NCBI GenBank assembly: GCA_965242695.1
Contig: CBDESU010000002.1
Coordinates: 352,001-416,000 of the forward strand
Origin: Cenarchaeum sp.
GTDB taxonomy: Archaea > Thermoproteota > Nitrososphaeria > Nitrososphaerales > Nitrosopumilaceae
Reading direction: 5' to 3'
Length of the DNA: 64,000 bases
Under the pieces are notes generated by a model. That model was not told where the DNA came from and searched no databases. It was given only the letters and a program-made list of their open reading frames with translations. The translations under genes and the position numbers were made by a program. Below are positions 60,446 through 64,000 of the stretch, piece after piece. Position 1 is the first letter of the stretch. Each line of letters starts with the position of its first letter.

Positions 60446-62884
60446 TCAACTAATCGTCCCCAAGGAAAAGAAGACAGCACATCTGACAGATTCGAACAAT
60501 ATGCCCACTGCTTTGTCGCTAGACCGGGCCAGCGTAGCACGGGCCGCATTGATGCACAGTCTTCGGGCCGCATTGATGACAAGCTTGCCTTTCGTCTTGT
60601 CGTGTGCTAGCGCACCGTGGCTTGTCGACGTGTTGGTACAGGCGGCACAGACAGTGCAGTTCCAGACATCGCTGTTGCAGGCACAGGGGCCATGCGCAGG
60701 AAAGGTATTTTCGCTGTTCTGCATGAATTGCCTGCACGGGGTGCCGCCGCTGCGAATGCGGGCAGGGTCTTGCAGGGCGCGCCGTCCGACGCATTCTTTC
60801 CTAGAGCTTGGCCTGCCGGGCTTGTCTTTACGTTTGGTGGCAGAGGCCATCATAGATGCCACCTCCTTTTCAACCCCGGCCACGCGGGCCTCAACCCCGG
60901 CCACGCGGGCCTCAACCCCGGCCACGCGGGCCTCAACCCCGGCCACGCGGGCCTCAACCCCGGCCACGCGGGCCTCAACCCCGGCCACGCGGGCCTCAAC
61001 CCCGACCCACGCCGGACGTTCCAGCGCCTCCGGTGCATCAGTTTGCAGGATCTTCTGGTCGGGCAAGTCCTCGCTTTGTGCAAGGTTCGTCAAGACTGAT
61101 GCCTGCGCGTCTTTGGTCATCTGGATCGGGTACCCGAGATGCAACAATCTCGGCTGGCGGGTGTGCAAGTCCGAGCGCGGCGCCCACGGCGCGGCAAGGG
61201 CCGCGGCCGCGGCCACCGCCTCGTCCTCGTCGCCGTAGCCGGCCGCGGCCACCGCCTCGTCCTCGTCGCCGTAGCCGGCCGCGGCCACCGCCTCGTCCTC
61301 GTCGCCGTAGCCGGCCGCGGCCACCGCCTCGTCCTCGTCGCCGTAGCCGGCCGCGGCCACCGCCTCGTCCTCGTCGCCGTAGCCGGCCGCGGCCACCGCC
61401 TCGTCCTCGTCGCCGTAGCCGGCCGCGGCCACCGCCTCGTCCTCGTCGCCGTAGCCGGCCGCGGCCACCGCCTCGTCCTCGTCGCCGTAGCCGGCCGCGG
61501 CCACCGCCTCGTCCTCGTCGCCGTAGCCGGCCGCGGCCACCGCCTCGTCCTCGTCGCCGTAGCCGGCCGCGGCCACCGCCTCGTCCTCGTCGCCGTAGCC
61601 GGGAAGATCCCCGTAGTCAAAAGCCTCCAAGAACCGGTTTCGGGGCCGCGGCAAGTACGACATCAAAGGGAGGCACAAGGCCGAGCGCGGCGACCATGTC
61701 GCGGCAGGGGCCACCCGGAGATAGTCCGCGGACGGGGACAAGGACGGGTTGCGCACACCTCCATGCCGCCATGCGGCCGCCAGCGGGTCCGACCCTCGCG
61801 CCAGGCCGTCGCGCCGCCATGCGGCCGCCAGCGGGTCCGACCCTCGCGCCAGGCCGTCGCGCCGCCATGCGGCCGCCAGCGGGTCCGACCCTCGCGCCAG
61901 GCCGTCGCGCCGCCATGCGGCCGCCAGCGGGTCCGACCCTCGCGCCAGGCCGTCGCGCCGCCATGCGGCCGCCAGCGGGTCCGGCGCGCCTTCCCCTACG
62001 GCCTCGACCTCCTCCATCGCCGACCTGAGGAGGTCATCGTACGAAGGCAGGGGAGGTGGCGGGGGAGGGGCGTGCGGCGCGACCTCGGGCGCCCATGCGC
62101 CCGGCGGCATGCCCGGCGCGCCTTCCCCTACGGCCTCGACCTCCTCCATCGCCGACCTGAGGAGGTCATCGTACGAAGGCAGGGGAGGTGGCGGGGGAGG
62201 GGCGTGCGGCGCGACCTCGGGCGCCCATGCGCCCGGCGGCATGCCCGGCGCGCCTTCCCCTACGGCCTCGACCTCCTCCATCGCCGACCTGAGGAGGTCA
62301 TCGTACGAAGGCAGGGGAGGTGGCGGGGGAGGGGCGTGCGGCGCGACCTCGGGCGCCCATGCGCCAGGCGGCATGCCCGGCGCGCCTTCCCCTACGGCCT
62401 CGACCTCCTCCATCGCCGACCTGAGGAGGTCATCGTACGAAGGCAGGGGAGGTGGCGGGGGAGGGGCGTGCGGCGCGACCTCGGGCGCCCATGCGCCAGG
62501 CGGCATGCCCGGCGCGCCTTCCCCTACGGCCTCGACCTCCTCCATCGCCGACCTGAGGAGGTCATCGTACGAAGGCAGGGGAGGTGGCGGGGGAGGGGCG
62601 TGCGGCGCGACCTCGGGCGCCCATGCGCCAGGCGGCATGCCCGGCGCGCCTTCCCCTACGGCCTCGACCTCCTCCATCGCCGACCTGAGGAGGTCATCGT
62701 ACGAAGGCAGGGGAGGTGGCGGGGGAGGGGCGTGCGGCGCGACCTCGGGCGCCCATGCGCCAGGCGGCATGCCCGGCGGCGCCTGTTCGCTGTGTACGTC
62801 CCAACGCTGCCGCGCCGCGCCGGCGCTTCTTCCGCGCCTCCTCCTCTTCCGCCGCCGCGCCCCGGATGCCACGCCCCTGCCCAT
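60446..62884 (-). CDS. Tandem-repeat-built hypothetical protein (812 aa)
   Basis: Open through four in-frame repeat blocks; starts 7 bp after the upstream gene's stop. Confidence 0.55.
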   Translation of the reverse strand: MGRGVASGARRRKRRRRGRSAGAARQRWDVHSEQAPPGMPPGAWAPEVAPHAPPPPPPLPSYDDLLRSAMEEVEAVGEGAPGMPPGAWAPEVAPHAPPPPPPLPSYDDLLRSAMEEVEAVGEGAPGMPPGAWAPEVAPHAPPPPPPLPSYDDLLRSAMEEVEAVGEGAPGMPPGAWAPEVAPHAPPPPPPLPSYDDLLRSAMEEVEAVGEGAPGMPPGAWAPEVAPHAPPPPPPLPSYDDLLRSAMEEVEAVGEGAPGMPPGAWAPEVAPHAPPPPPPLPSYDDLLRSAMEEVEAVGEGAPDPLAAAWRRDGLARGSDPLAAAWRRDGLARGSDPLAAAWRRDGLARGSDPLAAAWRRDGLARGSDPLAAAWRHGGVRNPSLSPSADYLRVAPAATWSPRSALCLPLMSYLPRPRNRFLEAFDYGDLPGYGDEDEAVAAAGYGDEDEAVAAAGYGDEDEAVAAAGYGDEDEAVAAAGYGDEDEAVAAAGYGDEDEAVAAAGYGDEDEAVAAAGYGDEDEAVAAAGYGDEDEAVAAAGYGDEDEAVAAAGYGDEDEAVAAAAALAAPWAPRSDLHTRQPRLLHLGYPIQMTKDAQASVLTNLAQSEDLPDQKILQTDAPEALERPAWVGVEARVAGVEARVAGVEARVAGVEARVAGVEARVAGVEARVAGVEKEVASMMASATKRKDKPGRPSSRKECVGRRALQDPARIRSGGTPCRQFMQNSENTFPAHGPCACNSDVWNCTVCAACTNTSTSHGALAHDKTKGKLVINAARRLCINAARATLARSSDKAVGILFESVRCAVFFSLGTIS
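60870..62779. repeat. Four tandem arrays: 21 bp x6 (60870-60995), 36 bp x11 (61205-61600), 48 bp x~4.5 (61765-61983), 132 bp x6 (~61981-62779)
   Basis: Directly visible; all unit lengths are multiples of 3. Confidence 0.93.
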
Positions 62885-62890
62885 GCCTCC

Positions 62891-64000
62891 TCACCCGCGC
62901 CCCGGGAACCTGTCCCGAATGTAGTCGGTGGCATCTTTCGTGTTGAGCAGGATGCTGGCCGTGTCGTTGCGCACCACGAACTCGCCCTTGCCGTTGGGAT
63001 CCAGGTACGCGGGGCTCGCCCCGCGCCGCACCTCGATCCGCGCGATCGTCTTGCCGTCGATCTTGACGGGCCCGCTCGAGACGTTCCTGGCCGCTGCCGC
63101 GCCGAGCGTCTTGACCGCGTTCGTGAGCGCCAGCGACCACTTGTCCCATCCGGCCCTCTTGCCGAGCAGCCTCATGTCGCGCTCGATGCCGAGCAGCGCG
63201 CCGTCGTCGGACACGCCGACGTAGATTGTGCCCCCCTTGGTGTTCATGAGGGCCACGATCTCCTTTAGCAGCGCCTTCTTGAGCTCGGCGTTTGCCGTGC
63301 CGTCGCCGCGCTTGTGGTCGTACAGCATCGACGACTTGAGCTCCACCGTGGCCGACTCGCCGCCGGCGATCTCCTCCCGGCACCTCTCCGGCAGCGGCGA
63401 GCCGCCCGGCTCGACGAGCGAGTTTATCGCCGCGGCAAGCGCCTCCCTGCGCGCGGCAAGAAACTCCTCGTACCTCCCAATGTCCCACAGCGCGGGGTCG
63501 GCGGGGATGCACTGCGCCTCGAGGGCGTCGGCCCCCACGCGGCGGGCTACCCCCGGCAGGTACTCTACCGGCATGCCGCTCCTCGAGCCGGCCGCGTGGC
63601 CTAGGCTGAACGCGGCGTTGGCAATGTCCCCCGCCAGCCGCCCCGCCCCCTTGGCGCCGTGCCTTTGGCGCAGCGCAGAGACGACGGCGGCGCGCGGGAA
63701 CACCTGCCTGCCCATCGCCCTAAAGCTGTGGTCGTCGTCGATGCCTAGGGCCAGCCCGGACCCCCAGTCCCGGGCGCCCGACTTTCGTGCCAGCACGTAC
63801 ATCATGTTGTAGAGCGAGCTCTGCTTTGTCTTGCCAGCCAGGTCCTCGGCCTTGACCGTAAGCCTGCCGGACTGGCGGCGCACCCTGTCGATCATCTTGT
63901 CCACCGGGTCCTTGGAGTCGCGCAGCAGCGCCAGGTCCTCGTCGAGTATGGTCTCCGTGGCGCCCCTCGAGTATCGCCCCCAGATGAGGGCCACGTAGAG
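62891..64000 (-). CDS. GmrSD/DUF262-like protein C-terminal half fused to Schlafen/AlbA_2 (5' end outside window)
   Basis: WGRYSRGATETILDEDL, ARDW, degenerate HNH region (RQVFP...DIAN), QCIP...YEEFLAARR; then ESATVELKS...ALMNTKGGTIYVGVSDDG. Confidence 0.78.
   Translation of the reverse strand, partial: LYVALIWGRYSRGATETILDEDLALLRDSKDPVDKMIDRVRRQSGRLTVKAEDLAGKTKQSSLYNMMYVLARKSGARDWGSGLALGIDDDHSFRAMGRQVFPRAAVVSALRQRHGAKGAGRLAGDIANAAFSLGHAAGSRSGMPVEYLPGVARRVGADALEAQCIPADPALWDIGRYEEFLAARREALAAAINSLVEPGGSPLPERCREEIAGGESATVELKSSMLYDHKRGDGTANAELKKALLKEIVALMNTKGGTIYVGVSDDGALLGIERDMRLLGKRAGWDKWSLALTNAVKTLGAAAARNVSSGPVKIDGKTIARIEVRRGASPAYLDPNGKGEFVVRNDTASILLNTKDATDYIRDRFPGRG

Noticed and set aside
1-64000. 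tRNA/rRNA genes, cas genes, integrase, reverse transcriptase
   Set aside because: None recognised by eye; tRNAscan and HMM searches were not run.

Overview
GC-rich archaeal DNA, most likely a Nitrosopumilaceae (Thaumarchaeota) genome and possibly a Cenarchaeum-like host-associated lineage. This is inferred from a Nitrosopumilus-type S-layer homologue and TATA-like boxes about 27-32 bp before most start codons. The window is mostly a defence island. It holds an HNH nuclease, a HEPN protein, a Type IIG-like R-M enzyme, two RloC/PrrC-like ABC ATPases plus a relic third copy, SIR2, a RecD-like helicase-nuclease, a PD-(D/E)XK nuclease, TPR-Schlafen, TIR-STAND, a GIY-YIG-like protein, two OLD-like ATPase-TOPRIM proteins and GmrSD-Schlafen. 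A sugar-modification cluster (about 9.6-19.8 kb) and an intact IS66-like element (16-bp TIRs, 8-bp TSD) interrupt it. The most unusual signals are four. (1) Two related cas-less CRISPR-like mini-arrays (9054-9235, 30642-30751), each upstream of a nuclease locus. (2) A (GCGGA)67 microsatellite inside a leader ORF whose stop overlaps a possible R-M start, suggesting a phase-variation switch. (3) A dispersed non-coding element with a variable 18-bp CGATCG-containing core (1, 3 and 23 copies) next to co-oriented defence genes. (4) A protein built from four tandem-repeat blocks with NLS-like and LPxY motifs. All calls come from motif reading only; no searches were run.
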